Shown one piece after another: positions 39,990 through 57,720 of a stretch of DNA of 64,000 bases. This DNA comes from the human T2T-CHM13v2.0 reference genome, Homo sapiens. Location: the NCBI RefSeq assembly GCF_009914755.1, contig NC_060929.1; one strand, written 5' to 3'. The notes below the pieces were generated by a model that saw only the letters and a program-made list of their open reading frames with translations, was not told the origin of the DNA and did no database searches. The translations under genes were made by a program, and so were the position numbers. Each line of letters starts with the position of its first letter. Position 1 is the first letter of the stretch.

Positions 39990-42052
39990 CCCCCGCAACC
40001 AACAGCCTTTCCTGGTGTCATTTACCGTCTTTAGTCTTGATTCCATCATCCATCATCATAATAATTCCCTTGCAAATTCTCTTAGCTCCAGTGTCCATCG
40101 TTACCTTTTCTATCCTCTCCTGGAAAAACATCAGCCCAGGCGAGCATCATCTGCCTTCACCAGGCTTAGAGCCAAGCAGATGAATGTTGCCAGATAAATT
40201 CACAAACTGAGATTGCTTTCCCTTTAATTCACATTATATCTTCATCAAGCACTTGGTGCCCTCCAGTAATCCTTACTGTTTCTTGAGTTGATTTCCCGTT
40301 TGCTGGGAACACTATTTTGTGCCTTCTCCCATCTCATACCTCAAGCATTCTTTCTTCCAGTGCTGTTGAGCTCCCCTCACGCTGCACTGAGGGAAACCTT
40401 CCTCCTCTTTCTATAACTGAAGGACCAAACTGACCTACACTTGCAATCTGGAATGCTCTCCTACTTCCTGGATCACAGTGGGGATTGAGGCTGTATTCTT
40501 CTCAAAGCAAACCCTTCTTGGGCTCCAGATTCCATCTCTCTCCCTTCCATGAGTCTCCCTCTTTCCTTTGTCCTGATTCATTTCCCTCAGCAAACAAACA
40601 CGCTCCAATATCTCCCATCATAAAATCAACAAGTAATGAAACCCTTCTCTTGACCCTACACATTCTAGATATGGCTTTAATTCTCTGTTCCCTGTTATAT
40701 TAAACTTCTCAAAGAGTTGTTTACACATGCTGCCATTCCTTTCTAATCTTCCTTTCACTCATTTATTAACGTGGCCTCTTCCCATTTACTCCTCTGAAAC
40801 TGCGCTTGTCAAGGTCTCTGGTGACTTCATTTAGCTAAAGCAATGTCCTTATTTTAGTTGACGTCTCGGCAGCATTCATCCCAACATTTTCTCCTTTTGG
40901 ACATACCCTCCTCTCTTCGTTTTCATGATGCTATCATTTCTTGGTTTGCCTTCTACTTTGCAAGCTACTCTTTCTCAGTATCCTGCTGGCTCCTTCATTT
41001 CTGATAAAGTTTTGTAGTTCTCAGGGCTCAGTCCTGGTTTCCTCCTCTATCTCCTTCTCTCTCTGGGCTATGGAGAAGGATGCTTTATCAATTCCCATAG
41101 ATTTAAATACCATCTGTATGCTAATGACACTCAAAGGTATATCTCCAGTCCAAATCTGTCTTATTTTAAGCTGACTCTCATATTTGCTTGGACTTTACCA
41201 TTCTTCTCCATATGTATGTCTTACAGGCATCTCAAACTTAATATAAGAAAAAGGAAACTCTTGGTTTTCTATTCCAAATCTATTCTTACCCTCACTCATA
41301 TCAGCAAATTGTACCACCATCCACATTGTTATTTAAGCAAGAATCCTGATGGTCATCTTTGATTTTTGCTTTGCTTCACTTCCCGTATCAAACTTTTCCA
41401 TCAGCAAGTCTTGTCAATTTTGTCTCTAAGAATAATGCCCATCTGTCCACCATTGCCATCTCAATTGGTTCTGCCATAGCCTAAGCTGTTGTTGTCTCAC
41501 ACTTGGATGACTTCATCTGTTCATGAGCCTCTCTCAGCCATTTTCCATGTTTAGCATCAAAAGGGATCTTCTTCAAAAAGCCAATCAGCCTCTAGTGGCT
41601 TCCAACTACACCTAAAAAAAACGATGAAGGCCCTGAATAATCTTTTCCTGGCTTTCTTCTTCCAATCTCATCTTACAAAACTCTCCTCTTCACCTACCAT
41701 GCCATAGCCATGCTGATATAAGAATTGCAAACGTACCAACCTCTTTCTAATCTTATGGATTTGTTCATGCTGTTCCTTGAACTTTTGCATCACTTAGTCA
41801 TGTCTCTTCTTTTAGGTCTCAGTTTAAATGCTACCTCTTCAAAAAAGCCTTTCAAGGCTACTCTCCCTAAAATGTATATCAGTCTTTCTTTAGTTCAGCC
41901 CTGTATTTGTTACCCTGATGAGAATAAGATTTAAAAAAAAAAACAACCCTGACAACAAAGACCATATATTTTCTCTTCATCATTGTATGATCAGCATCTA
42001 GCAAAGGCCAGGAACAAAATAACTGCTTAATAATATTTTTAAATGAATGAAG
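39990..42052 (+). mobile_element. Long L2 remnant
   Basis: Pyrimidine-rich L2 ORF2/3' motifs (cttgtcaaggtc, caggcatctcaaacttaat, ccatcagcaagtcttgtc) ending in aaatgaatga. Confidence 0.75.
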
Positions 42053-42902
42053 AAGCTTTTCAGGAACCTAACCCATATAGTGTTATCTATAGGAATTGAA
42101 ACATCTGTATTTTCTCACACCCAGGACACTATGATCTTTAAAGAAACAGGCCTGACTGCTCCCTAACTTTCATTTTAGTAAAACATCAAGCTGCCAAACC
42201 ATCTTGCTTAGTATTGGCTGACATTGATACTGAACAATATGTTTATTCATTTCAAGCTAGCATTTGTAAAAAGCTTTCTTTCTGTTAGAAACTCAGCTAA
42301 GCATTTTTAAACAGATTTTCTCATTTAAAACTTAAAATAATTCCATGAGACAGGCATTATTAATTACTATCTTAGGCACATATGCAAAACCTCTGCACAA
42401 AATTTCAGGGGTCTTGTGTACTTCCTGAAAATCTGTAGACTCTCTGGTAGAAGCCAAACCCCACTCATAATAGTGCTCTACAAAGTGGAGTGCTCCTACT
42501 TAATATTTTGAGGTGCATAAAGAAAATACTAGAATATTTATCTATGTATCTATAAATAAAAATACATTAAGTTTTGCTAATATTTGTTAAACAGATTAAC
42601 ATGGTCTCATGTCATACATCGGTCTCAAGGTATCATAGAAGAAGAGCAGAAGATGCTTCACACCATGGGGCAAGGGGCAAGGGGCAAACAGGGGCTGGTG
42701 CGGATTTAGCAACTGCACTCTCATTTTTTCCACCTTCAGAAGAGATGAATGACACTAATAGATTACTCTAAGAAATATTAATTGGAGACCGTATTCAGTG
42801 CAAACACAAGCAAACAAGAATATGGCCACCTGTCACCTCCCTTACACCTAGTACAAGTTCTTTATCAACATTATAAATGTAAAAGTATGAAAGTATGATC
42901 AC

Positions 42903-43288
42903 TGCTATGATCTAAATTTGCACCCCCATCCCACCAAATTCAGATGTTGAACCCCAACCCACAATGTGGCTCTATCTGGAGATGGGATCTTTAGAAGGTA
43001 ATTAATTATAGTTAAATGAGGTCATAAGGGTAGGTACCTAGTCCAATAGGAATGTAGCCTTATAAGAGAGGAAATGAGAGATCTCTGTCTCCCTCTGTCT
43101 CTGCCATGTGAGGACACAGGGAAAAGGCAGCTGTCTGCAGGCCAGGAAGACAGTCCTTCCCAGAACCTGACCATATTGGCACCTTGATCTCAGACTTCCA
43201 GCCCCCATCACTGTGAGAAATAAATTTCTGTTGTTTAAGCCACACCACCAGTGGTATTTCCTTATGGTAGCCTGAGAAGACTAATGCA
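42903..43288 (+). mobile_element. MLT1A-like solo LTR
   Basis: tg...ca ends, aataaatttctgttgtttaagcc, and TSD atcac/attac. Confidence 0.85.
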
Positions 43289-43610
43289 ATTACCTAGTCA
43301 GTTCTAATATAAATTTGTCCCTTCACCTTTCAAAATTATTAAGACAACTTGAAATACAAATTTATAAACATTATTAATTATTATCCTAGGCCTGATGAAC
43401 TTATTTAAATTATGCATTACAAGATTAACTTGAGATAGTGTGAGGTTATGATAAGCAGGACCTCTAAAATTATACATCCAGAACATGAAGACAAACTATA
43501 TAATTTTAAAGCAATTTTTATAACCATATCATTCTCAGTCCAAGAACTGATGAAATCTTCCTGAGTTTAATGATGTTTGGAAGCCTTTTCTGAGGTTTCT
43601 TAGTTAATGC

Positions 43611-44682
43611 TTTGGCAGAGACTGGTGGTTGCCTATACCAATATCCATTTTCCCTTTTTTTCTTTCAGTAATAGAACCCCAATATTTAGCAGGAAATATT
43701 GCTGTCAAGGTGAAAAAAAAAGGTACTTCCTAGCCTCCTTTGCAGCTATATATGTCCTTGAGACTAAATTCTACTTAATGAGTTACACATATAAATAATC
43801 ATAGACTTCCATAGAGCCCCCTTAGAAGGGAGGACATACTTTTCTTCCTCTTTTATTCCCTCCCTGTTGGATAATCTATTAGTTATCATTGCATAACAAA
43901 TTATCCTGAAAATTTAGTACTTTAAAACAACATTTATTATCTTGCAGTTTCTGTAGGTCAGGAATCTTGGCATGGCTTAGCTGAGTCCTCCAGCTCAGAG
44001 TCTTTGAGAAGACTATAATCAAGGTGTTGGCTACACTATAGTCACCTTGAGGCTCAGTAGGGAAGGATCCAATTCCCAAATTAACTCACATTGTTGTTGG
44101 CAGGATTCAGTTCCATATGGGCTATTAGACTGAGGGATTCTGGCCCTCAATGGCTGTTATCCAGAGGCCACCCTCAATTCTTTGCCACGTGAGTCTCTCC
44201 ATAGGGCAACTCTTGATATGGCAGCCTGCTTCATGAAAGCAAACAGGCAAGAAGAATGAGAGGGAGTTCCAGTAAGGCACTCGGAAGTCATAAGCTTCTG
44301 TAACTGAATCATGGAAGTGGCATTCCATCACTTTTGCTGTGTTCTATTCATTAGAAGTAAGTCAGTAGGTCCACCCCACATTCAAGGGGATGGAATAGCA
44401 CCAGGGTGTGAATTTCAAGGGGCAGGGATCATTGCCATAGCAGAGGCTGCCTATCCTAGCTGGAATTTAGAAGTGTAAGCAGGACTTCGAGAAATCCTAT
44501 TGGAATTTGAGAAAGTATGCTACAGATGGTAGAGCAGCAAAGACAGGAGACCATGAGCTACCTACCAATCTGGGTTGTCAACTTACAGACTTCTTTTACC
44601 TAAGACAGAAATAAACTTCCCTTGAATTGAAGCCACTGTGACTTGGAGTTTTACTATTACATGCTGACAATTCTAATTTTAT
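43611..44682 (+). mobile_element. MLT1J/I-like LTR containing a nested antisense MLT1F/G-like LTR (43876-44457)
   Basis: tggcagagactgg...aatatccattttccc...agtaatagaacccc and aataaacttccc...aagccactg. The inner element starts tattagttatcattgcataacaaatt. Confidence 0.7.
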
Positions 44683-45764
44683 GTGGTGAAGTGGCCAAAG
44701 ACAAAAAGTCATGTATCATTGGAACAAAACTTGTTTTCCTGTTGTGACAAATATGGTTGAAATAATATGATAAAAGCAATATGATGACAAACTAGAAAAC
44801 ATTTCTTTGGACGAAAATACTTTTGGAATGTACGTATGTCAAATATATTGATGAAGATTGGAAGAAACAACTTTTAGGGCAGATGATACGGGATAGGAAT
44901 TTTGTTCTACAGCCAGATGGAAGTACAGATGTTTTTAGGATGTCTTAAAGTGAGCTATTGCTAGATTTATTATGTTTTAAATATTTATTATTAACAACAT
45001 AATAAATAATAAACAGCATAAAGAATTACATTTTTCCGGTATGTCACTAAATTACAGATAGCCAAAGAAGATATATTTCTGAGATTGAATAACTTCTACA
45101 ATTAAAACAATGTCTTATGGGGAAATATTTAAGTATATTCACTGATAGAGCGGCCCCTCTAAGATTTTTCTTTTTAAGTTTCTTGGGTAATGTTATACAG
45201 ATAACACCGAAATTGGAATTCATCCTTTGCATTGTTTATAGGTAAGGTAATGCAGATGAGAAGTTAAAACCAGAAAAGCACAAATGGCTATACTGATGTG
45301 ACTGATTTTAAAAATTAAATTAAAAAAATTTGAAAATCAAGACTAAAAAATATAGTAGAATCTGTATGTCATTTTGTAATGAGATGGCAAGAGATATTTT
45401 TTCAGCCACTCAGAGGTTGACTAAAAGAGCTGGATTTAAAGATAAGATACACATTTTTCTTTTACAAAAATATAAAGGTACATAATTTGTTGATCTTTTC
45501 CCTAATGACAAGTCCTATTAGTTTAGGTTTGCCTGACAAAATTTTTGCATATAAACACACTGAATCTATCCCTTAATTGCAAAATTTATATTTTAATAAT
45601 GTGTGAAGAAGAGACTGTTTCACAAAACAAATTCTTGTTTTGGATAGAGCATTTGAAAATATATATTTAAAAATGTTTCCCTTATTTTTTGATTCTATAG
45701 CTAAACATGATCATGTGCTATGTATAAAAACTCATATTTCTATACTTTAAAATATTAGAAAGAG

Positions 45765-46316
45765 TATATTAGTTTTCTATGGCTGTGTAACAGATTACCA
45801 GAAATTTAGCATCTTAAGACAGCACATAAATTTATTCTCACAGTTTCCCTAGGTCAGGTGCAGGGGCATGGTTTAGTATCTATTGCATAGGATCTCCTAA
45901 GGCTGCAATGAAGGTCTCAGCTGGCTGTCTTCATCTGGAGGCTTTACTGGGGAAGAATCTGCCTCTAATTCATTCAGGTTGTTGGCAGAATTCATTTCCT
46001 TGTAACTGTATGACTAAGGGCCCCAGCGTTAGGCTGGCTGTTGGCTGCCTGCAGCTCCTAGAGGTCACCCACAGGTCCTTGCCATGTGGGCTTTTCAACA
46101 GGACCACTCACTTTCTCCAGGTCTTGAGAAGAGTCTCTCACTCCAGGATACTAAGACAGAGTCTTATGTAACAAACCCAATCACGAGAGTGACATCCCAT
46201 ATTCTGTGGGTTGGAAGCAAGTCACATGTCATGCCCACAGTCAAGGGAAAGGATTTCACCCAGGCAAAGGTATCCTCTTCTGGAGGGGGGACATTTTATG
46301 TTCTATGTGACACACA
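45765..46316 (-). mobile_element. MLT1E/F-like LTR nested in Charlie
   Basis: tattagttttctatggctgtgtaacagattacc...tcaggttgttggcagaattcatttccttg. Confidence 0.75.
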
Positions 46317-46946
46317 GAATTTTCCACTTTGCAAGTCTTCATAATAAAGAGCCCAGTGGACATTGAATACATGTGTTGATAATATAAAAATGAAACTGAA
46401 AAACCACCGACATCAAGGAAGTGGAAATTTGCTTGCTGAACAATGGCAAATTATTTCAAACAATTAGTGAATGGGGTTGAAAAATGAATATTATGATTTC
46501 ATGTGCAGACAATAATATACTCTTTAATTTAGATATATTTACCTTTGAGAGATTTTTTCTCAGCTTTGACAGCCATTAAAACCAAGGATCAAAATAAGCC
46601 AAACTTAGTGACAGACCTTTGAACTGATAAATTATACATATTACGGGTGTTAAATCAAGATTTTCAAATATAATGATGCTTATTTTATCACACTGTGTTT
46701 ACTAATAAAGTTCTGTTAGTAAGGAGGTTTTTGAAGTAATAAGTGAAAATTTTAATGATGTATTTATTTTATCTGTATCTCATTTGATATGTATTTTAAA
46801 AAATTTAGAACATATATAAAATATAAAATAATATGTGTATAATTTCTAAAGAAATACATATGCATATATTGTGTTAGGGATACATATTCATTTTTTTTCT
46901 AAAAGGGTTGTGTCATAGAATGAGTTTGGGACCCACGGCTCTTGCT

Positions 46947-47250
46947 CTGTGCTGTCTGGTGCAGTAGCCCCATAGGGCTATAGAGCACTTGAAATGAGGC
47001 TAGCCCAAAATAAGATGTGAGAGAAGTGTAAAATACACATTTTCAAGACATCAGTTAACAAGAATGTAAACTACCTCACTAGAAGTTTTTTTAATATTGA
47101 TTGCATGTTTAAATGACAATTTTAAAAATATATATTGGTTAAATAAATTATCAAAAGTAATTTCACCCATTTCTTTTTACTTTTTAATGTGGCTACTAAA
47201 AAATTAAAATCACACATGTGGTTTGCATTATATTTGTTAGATGATGCTAC
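46947..47250 (+). mobile_element. MER33 hAT MITE
   Basis: gagcacttgaaatg...gtgtaaaatacac...aatttcaccc...tgtggctact...cacatgtgg. Confidence 0.85.
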
Positions 47251-48882
47251 CCTAGAGGATTTGACAGAGTATTAGAAAAAACAGAAAGGTTGGGTCAGTT
47301 GTACTTTTGCACTAAGCAACAATGCAATTAATCCAATTGACTTGGTAAGACATGGTTTCACTTGAAATGATTTGCTATGCTTCATGCTCTTGTAGCTACT
47401 TTTTTTACTTTACTCATCATCAGTGGTTAGTGTGATATTTTAATCTCATTGGTTGAAACAAATTCTAAGCAGATGAACTGATTTTCCCTTTGGGTTGTAC
47501 CCTTTGTTCTGTTTACCATCACCAGATAAACTGATAGTGCTTTTTTGATAATACAGCAGTTAAGACTTCGTTTTTAGGATTAATAGCTAAGTACTCTCAG
47601 ATAAATATTCCAATGCCGTGTGTGTTTGTAGAAATTTACTAACCTCAATGCAATATAATGAGTTATCTTTATTAACTACTAATAAAGCTACACCAAATAT
47701 AGAGCAAAAAGGTAAATTCTGCCAAGTACTTGAGGCATCCTCTTTTAAAACTTGCCTTAAAAGTATTTTAAGACATGATTTTGTATAGTCCAGTCTTACC
47801 TCTGATAATTTCCTTTGCAAATTGATTTATTACCCACCTTTCTGTTAAGATGTATATAGATAGGAGGAGCCAAGATGGCCGAATAGGAACAGCTCTGGTC
47901 TACAGCTCCCAGCGTGAGCGACCCAGAAGACAGGTGATTTCTGCATTTCCAATGAGGTACTGGGTTCATCTCACTGGGGAGTGCCAGACAGTAGGTGCAG
48001 GACAGTGGGTGCAGAGCACCTTGCACGAGCCAAAGCAGGGTGAAGCATCGCCTCACCCAGGAAGCGCAAGGGGTCAGGGAATTCCCTTTCCTAGTCAAAG
48101 AAAGTGGTGACAGATGGCACCTGGAAAATTGGGTCACTCCCACCCTAATACTGCACTTTTCCAACGGGCTTAAAAAAACAGCACACCAGGAGATTCTATC
48201 CCGCACCTGGCTCAGAAGGTCCTATGCCCATGGAGTCTCACTCATTGCTAGCACAGCAGTCCGAGATCAAACTGCAAGCAGCAGCGAGGCTGGGGGAGGG
48301 GTGCCCGCCATTGCCGAGTTAGTTGTTTGATTAGGTAAACAAAGCCATGGGAAGCTCAAACTGGGTGGAGCCCACCACAGCTCAAGGAGGCCTGCCTGCC
48401 TCTGTAGGCTCCACCTCTGGGGGCAGGGCACAGACAAAAAGACATCAGTAACCTCTGCAGACTTAAATCTCTTGACAGCTTTGAAGAGAGTAGTGGTTCT
48501 CCCAGCATGCAGCTTGAGATCTGAGGTCGGGCAGACTGCCTCCTCAAGTGGGTCCCTGACCCCCAAGTAGCCTAACGGGGAGGCATCCCCTAGTAGGGGC
48601 GGACTGACACCTCACATGGCCGGGTACTCCTCTGAGACAAAACTTCCAGAGGAACGATCAGGCAGCAGCATCTGCGGTTCACCAATATCTGCTGTTCTGC
48701 AGCCACCCCTGCAGATACCCAGGAAAACAGGGTCTGGAGTGGACCTCTAGCAAACTCCAACAGACGTGCAGCTGAGGGTCCTGTCTGTTAGAAGGAAAAC
48801 TAACAAACAGAAAGGACATCCACACCAAAAACCCATCTGTACGTCACCATCATAAAGACCAAAGGTAGATAAAACCACAAAG

Positions 48883-49908
48883 ATGGGAAAAAAAAGAGAG
48901 CAGAAAAACCGGAAACTCTAAAAATCAGAGTGCCTCTCCTCCTCCAAAGGAATGCAGCTCCTCACCAGCAACGGAACAAAGCTGGACGGAGAATGACTTT
49001 GAAGAGTTGAGAGAAGAAGGCTTCAGATGATCAAACTACTCCAAGCAACAGGAGGAAATTCGAACCAATGGCAAAGAAGTTAAAAGCTTTGAAAAAAAAT
49101 TAGACGAATGGATAACTAGAATAACCAATGTAGAGAAGTCCTTAAAGGACCTGACGGAGCTGAAAACCAAGGCACAAGAGCTACGTGATGAATGCAGAAG
49201 ACTCAGTAGCTGATGTGATCAACTGGAAGAAAGGGTATCAGTGATGGAAGACGAAATGAATGAAATGAAGTGAGAAGAGAAGTTTAGAGAAAAAAGAATA
49301 AAAAGAAATGAACAAAGCCTTCAAGAAATATGGGACTATGTGAAAAGACCAAATCTACATCTGATTGGTGTACCTGAAAGTGCCGGGGAGAATGGAACCA
49401 AGTTGGAAAACACTTTGCAGGATATTATCCAGGAGAACTTCCCCAATCTAGCAAGGCAGGCCAACATTCAAATTCAGGAAATACAAGAATGCCACAAAGA
49501 TACTCCTTGAGAAGAGCAACTCCAAGACACATAATTGTCAGATTCACCAAAGTTGAAATGAAGGAAAAAATGTTAAGGGCAGCCAGAGAGAAAGGTTGGG
49601 TTACCCACAAAGGGAAGCCCATCAGACTAACAGCAGATCTCTCGGCAGAAACTCTACAAGCCAGAAGAGAGTGGGGACCAATATTCAACATTCTTAAAGA
49701 AAAGAATTTTCAACCCAGAATCTCATATCCAGTCAAACTAAGCTTCATAAGTGAAGGAGAAATAAAATACTTTACAGACAAGCAAATGCTGAGAGATTTT
49801 GTCACCACCAGGCCTGCCTTAAAAGAGCTCCTGAAGGAAGCACTAAACATGGAAAGGAACAACCAGTACCAGCCACTGCGAAAACATGCCAAATTGAAAA
49901 GACCATGA
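48883..49908 (+). pseudogene. L1 ORF1p, disrupted
   Basis: ATG 48883 is followed by a frameshift in the A-run (early TAA) and several TGA codons. The C-terminal part survives as ORF 49489-49908 (TPRHIIVRF...REKG...ARREW...YPVKLS). Confidence 0.9.
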
Positions 49909-49962
49909 AGGCTAGGAAGAAACTGCATCAACTAACGAGCAAAATAACCAGCTAACATCATA

Positions 49963-53781
<3,819 letters not shown>

Positions 53782-54483
53782 ACAATGAGAACACATGGAC
53801 ACAGGAAGGGGAACATCACACACCAGGGACTGTTGTGGGGTGGGGGGAGGGGGGAGGGATAGCATTAGGAGATACACCTAATGCTAAATGACGAGTTAAT
53901 GGGTGCAGCACACCAACATGGCACATGTATACATATGTAACAAACCTGCACCTTGTTCATATGTACCCTAAAACTTAAAGTATAATAATAATAAAATTTA
54001 AAAAAAAAGTAAACAAAAAAAAAGATGTATATCATCTTCACTTTTCTTCCCTGAATGTCAGGAAGGATGCTCGCTCTAAAACATATTGGAGTAACCGTCC
54101 TGCTGAGGCAGATCTTGCCTTTGCTTTTCTTTCCAAAGAAGACTTGTACTTTGAACTTTCCTCCAATCAGTCTCTACTTGCTAGTATTCTCCCTGCAACT
54201 GGACTCCCTCTGAGCTGCTCTTGAACTCTAGAAGTCTGTGATAATGTTCTCCCTGGAGGAAATATAATAAAGTCTGGTTGTTGACAGTCTTTCTTGTGTT
54301 GATCCAAGGTCTACTTTTCTATAACTTCCAATTTATTGGCTTCAGATCATCCCCCAGGGATAGACAAAACACACTCCTTCTGCCATCGATAATTTTAATA
54401 CTTACTCTAAATCTTCTGTTCTCTGGGTTACCTAGTCCCACTAAGGATTCCTCTTTTTCCTTAAGCAGTTATTTATTGAGTAC

Positions 54484-54863
54484 TATGTTGGTTTGCTAGG
54501 ACAGCCATAACAAAACACCACAGATGGGTGGTTTAGGCAGCAAAAATTTATTTTCGCACAGCTTTAGAGGCTGAAAATCCAAGATCTAGGCACCAGAGGA
54601 TCGCTTTCTCTTGAGGCCTCTCTCATGGGCTTACACATAACTGCCTTCTTCTTGTGTCCTCACATGGCCTTTTCTCTGTGCCTGCACATTTCCAGTGTCT
54701 CTTTCTCTACTTGTAAGGACACTAGTCCTGTTGGATTAGGGCCCCACTCTTATGACTCTATTTAATTTAACTTTACCTCCTTAAAGGCCCTATCTCCAAA
54801 TAAAGCTACATGGGAATTTGAGCTTTAACATGAATTTAGAGGGATGCAAATCAGTCCATAACA
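54484..54863 (-). mobile_element. MLT1A0-like solo LTR
   Basis: gccataacaaaacaccacaga...gtgtcctcacatggcc...ttggattagggcccc...tcagtccataaca. Confidence 0.85.
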
Positions 54864-55254
54864 GATTCATATGCAAAAACAGCAGGGAAAAAATAGAACA
54901 CCCTTGGCCCAGTGGACAAATGACACCCAAGGTAATACTAGTTAGTGGCAGAGCCAGGGGCAGAACTCTGGATGGAGTAAGACTTATTTCCTCTCTCTTT
55001 ATGGAATTTATATCCCTATTTATTTTGCCCAATATAACATTTACTCTTGTGGAAGATCCGTTGACATAAAAGAGAGCTCAGCTGTATGCTTTTCTCCAAA
55101 ACCATTGTACCTTGGTTTGTGTCTGTGTAATTCTTCTATCTTCATACTAGGTTGAAATCTGGGTGGAGTTAAAGGTAATGTCTTCCAAGACTTTGTATGG
55201 CTGTACTCTGACAAATACTGTGCACTGCATACAAGGAAAATGGTGTTAGCTGAC

Positions 55255-55390
55255 CAGGACTGGCTTTGTGTGTGATCTGTGCCCGTGGTTTAATGTTTCA
55301 CCATGGCCATCTTGAAATTCTAATAATTTTTTAACAAAGGGCCCCACATTTTCATTTTGCACTGGGGCCCACAAATTATGTGACTGACTT
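55255..55390 (+). mobile_element. Arthur1A/MER69-like hAT-Tip100 MITE
   Basis: caggactggctt...tcttgaaattctaataatttt...gggccccacattttcattttgcactggggcccacaaattatgt. Confidence 0.7.
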
Positions 55391-55392
55391 TA

Positions 55393-55722
<330 letters not shown>

Positions 55723-55897
55723 TTATGAAGGGTCAATTGGACAAGAAGTCAGAACACCTGAGTTTTGTCCCAGGGTCAGCCACTAACTAGTTAAATATAA
55801 TGATCAATCTTCATTTACCTCCCCACCAGCAAGATCCTATCTTCTAGCTCAAAATTATGCAACCATGCTTAAACAAAAGGTTTCTGTAGAGAACATC

Positions 55898-56330
55898 TGC
55901 TGTTTTTGCCTGCCAAGCATTCACTCCCTCATCTTTCAGAGTGTTCCTTCTCACTCTCTGTCCAGGGGTTACCAGGTTCAGGTTGCTGGCCCCATTTAAC
56001 CCACTACCTCTGCTCCAAGGAAGTGGTCCAGGCCCAGCCAATCAGTATATTTTACCCTCTGGAAAAGTATGGAACTGTCCAGAAATGGGCATGTGGCCCA
56101 ACTGGGGTCCATGGGATTCGGTTACATTACATTCAGGGACTGTTGTGGCACTGCTGAGAGAAAGAGGTAGGCCTGGAGCTGCTGATCATTACCTGGCCTC
56201 CATGGGGACACCTGCTGGAGGACAGAGCCAGTCCAGAGGAACAGCAACTGAGAGAAGAAGAGAGTGAGACCAAGTCCTGAGGACATGGTGTGAACCTGTG
56301 GATGAGCAGCCAGTTGTGCTTACACCCTGG
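55898..56330 (+). mobile_element. Old MLT1K/L-like LTR fragment
   Basis: ggcccagccaatcag...gggcatgtggcccaa...gggactgttgtgg...gagagaagaagagagtgagaccaagtcctgaggacat. Confidence 0.5.
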
Positions 56331-57348
56331 AGATAACAGTTGTGTCAATAACTGAGAGAAGAACCAATGATGTCTCAGAATCAACCTAGGTGAGTGTCCC
56401 TTCCAACAATGGGGATTGTTCACCACTGGATCCTGGGTGCATAGCAGAGTGCCTGCCACATAACAGACATGAATTAATAAATGGAAATCACTATAAGAGA
56501 TAAATCTAAGTGTTGCAAGATAATAAGTTCCTGAAACAGGCAAATTTTTTTTTTGTTTATATATACATTTCTGGGTCCCAGAGATCACAAAGAACCAGGA
56601 AACATCGTTCAGTGAAACCCACTCTGCAAAGAATCACTTTTAATGCCTGCCAAAGTCATCCTAATTGAGCCAATGAAAGCAAGATCTAAGACAAACTTCC
56701 AGGAAATAGCGTCTGAAATTCAGCATCACCTTTTAAACTTGGGCGTTTGGTTTAAATACGAGTATATATTTTCTTTATTAAATTAAAATGCACCCTGTGT
56801 GATACAGGAAGAATGAGGTGGTAGCCTTTGCTGAAGGAACAAGTAGAACTAAAGGAAGCTTAAAACAATCTGCCTTTACCCTACCTGCTGTGTAATCAGG
56901 TATGTTGAAAGGTAATGAAGCAGCTTAATTATTATCTTTTAAATATCTGTTTAAAATACTATTATTTCTTTGAAATTGCTCTGATTAAACATTTCTTTGA
57001 TCTCAGCAAATAAGGAGGTTTGTAAAATTCCCTTTGGGGCAGGAGCCTACAAATTCCTCTATCAACTGGCAGATGATTGTGCGAAAGGAGCAGAGAGAAG
57101 AGTCTGTCTCAATATGAAGAGGACACATAAAATTTCCATAGTTATCTATTAGTGGAAATGGACATCTCTGAAAGGAGCTCTTTGTCCTCAGAGGAGTTCA
57201 AATGGAAGACATGTGTGCTCTGCAGGGAACACTGGAGAAAAGAAAGGTAATACATAACTGATAATTGAATAGATCTCCAATTCTGCAAATCTTGGGACAA
57301 GCCAAAGGAAATTCTGATATCTTAAGTTCACAGTTTGATCTATGCACA

Positions 57349-57720
57349 TGCTATGGTTTGGCTCTGTGTCCTCACCCAAATCACATGTCACATTGTTAAT
57401 TCCCATTGTTGGGGGAGGGACCTGATGGGAGGTGATTGGCTCATGGGGGCAGATTTCCCCCTGGCTGTTCTCCTGATAGTGAGTGCTCATGGGATCTGGT
57501 TAAGAGTGTAGCACTTCCCCCTTAGCTCTCTCTCCTGCTCCACCTTAGTAAGACATGTTTGCTTCCCCTTCATTTTCTGCCATGATTGTAAGTTAACTGA
57601 GGCCTCTCAGCCATGCTTCCTGTACAGTCTGTGGGCCTGTGAATCAATAAAACCTCGTTTCTTCCTAAATTACCCGGTCTCAGGAAGTTCTTGATAGCAG
57701 TGTGAAAACGGACTAACATA
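57349..57720 (+). mobile_element. THE1D/MSTA solo LTR
   Basis: tgctatggtttggctctgtgtcc...ccatgattgtaagtt...aaattacccggtctcagg...ggactaa; TSD gcaca/gtaca. Confidence 0.88.

Larger units (their letters stand above)
42471..46938 (+). mobile_element. hAT-Charlie DNA transposon fossil (MER113-like termini) with transposase remnants and nested LTRs
   Basis: 5' end tagtgctctacaaagtggagtgc...gaaaatactagaa and 3' end gagtttgggacccacgg. Transposase motifs FVLQPDGSTDV (44901-44933, cf. FALQLDESTD), FTDRAA (~45138, cf. CTDGAA) and FCNEM (~45372). Confidence 0.7.
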
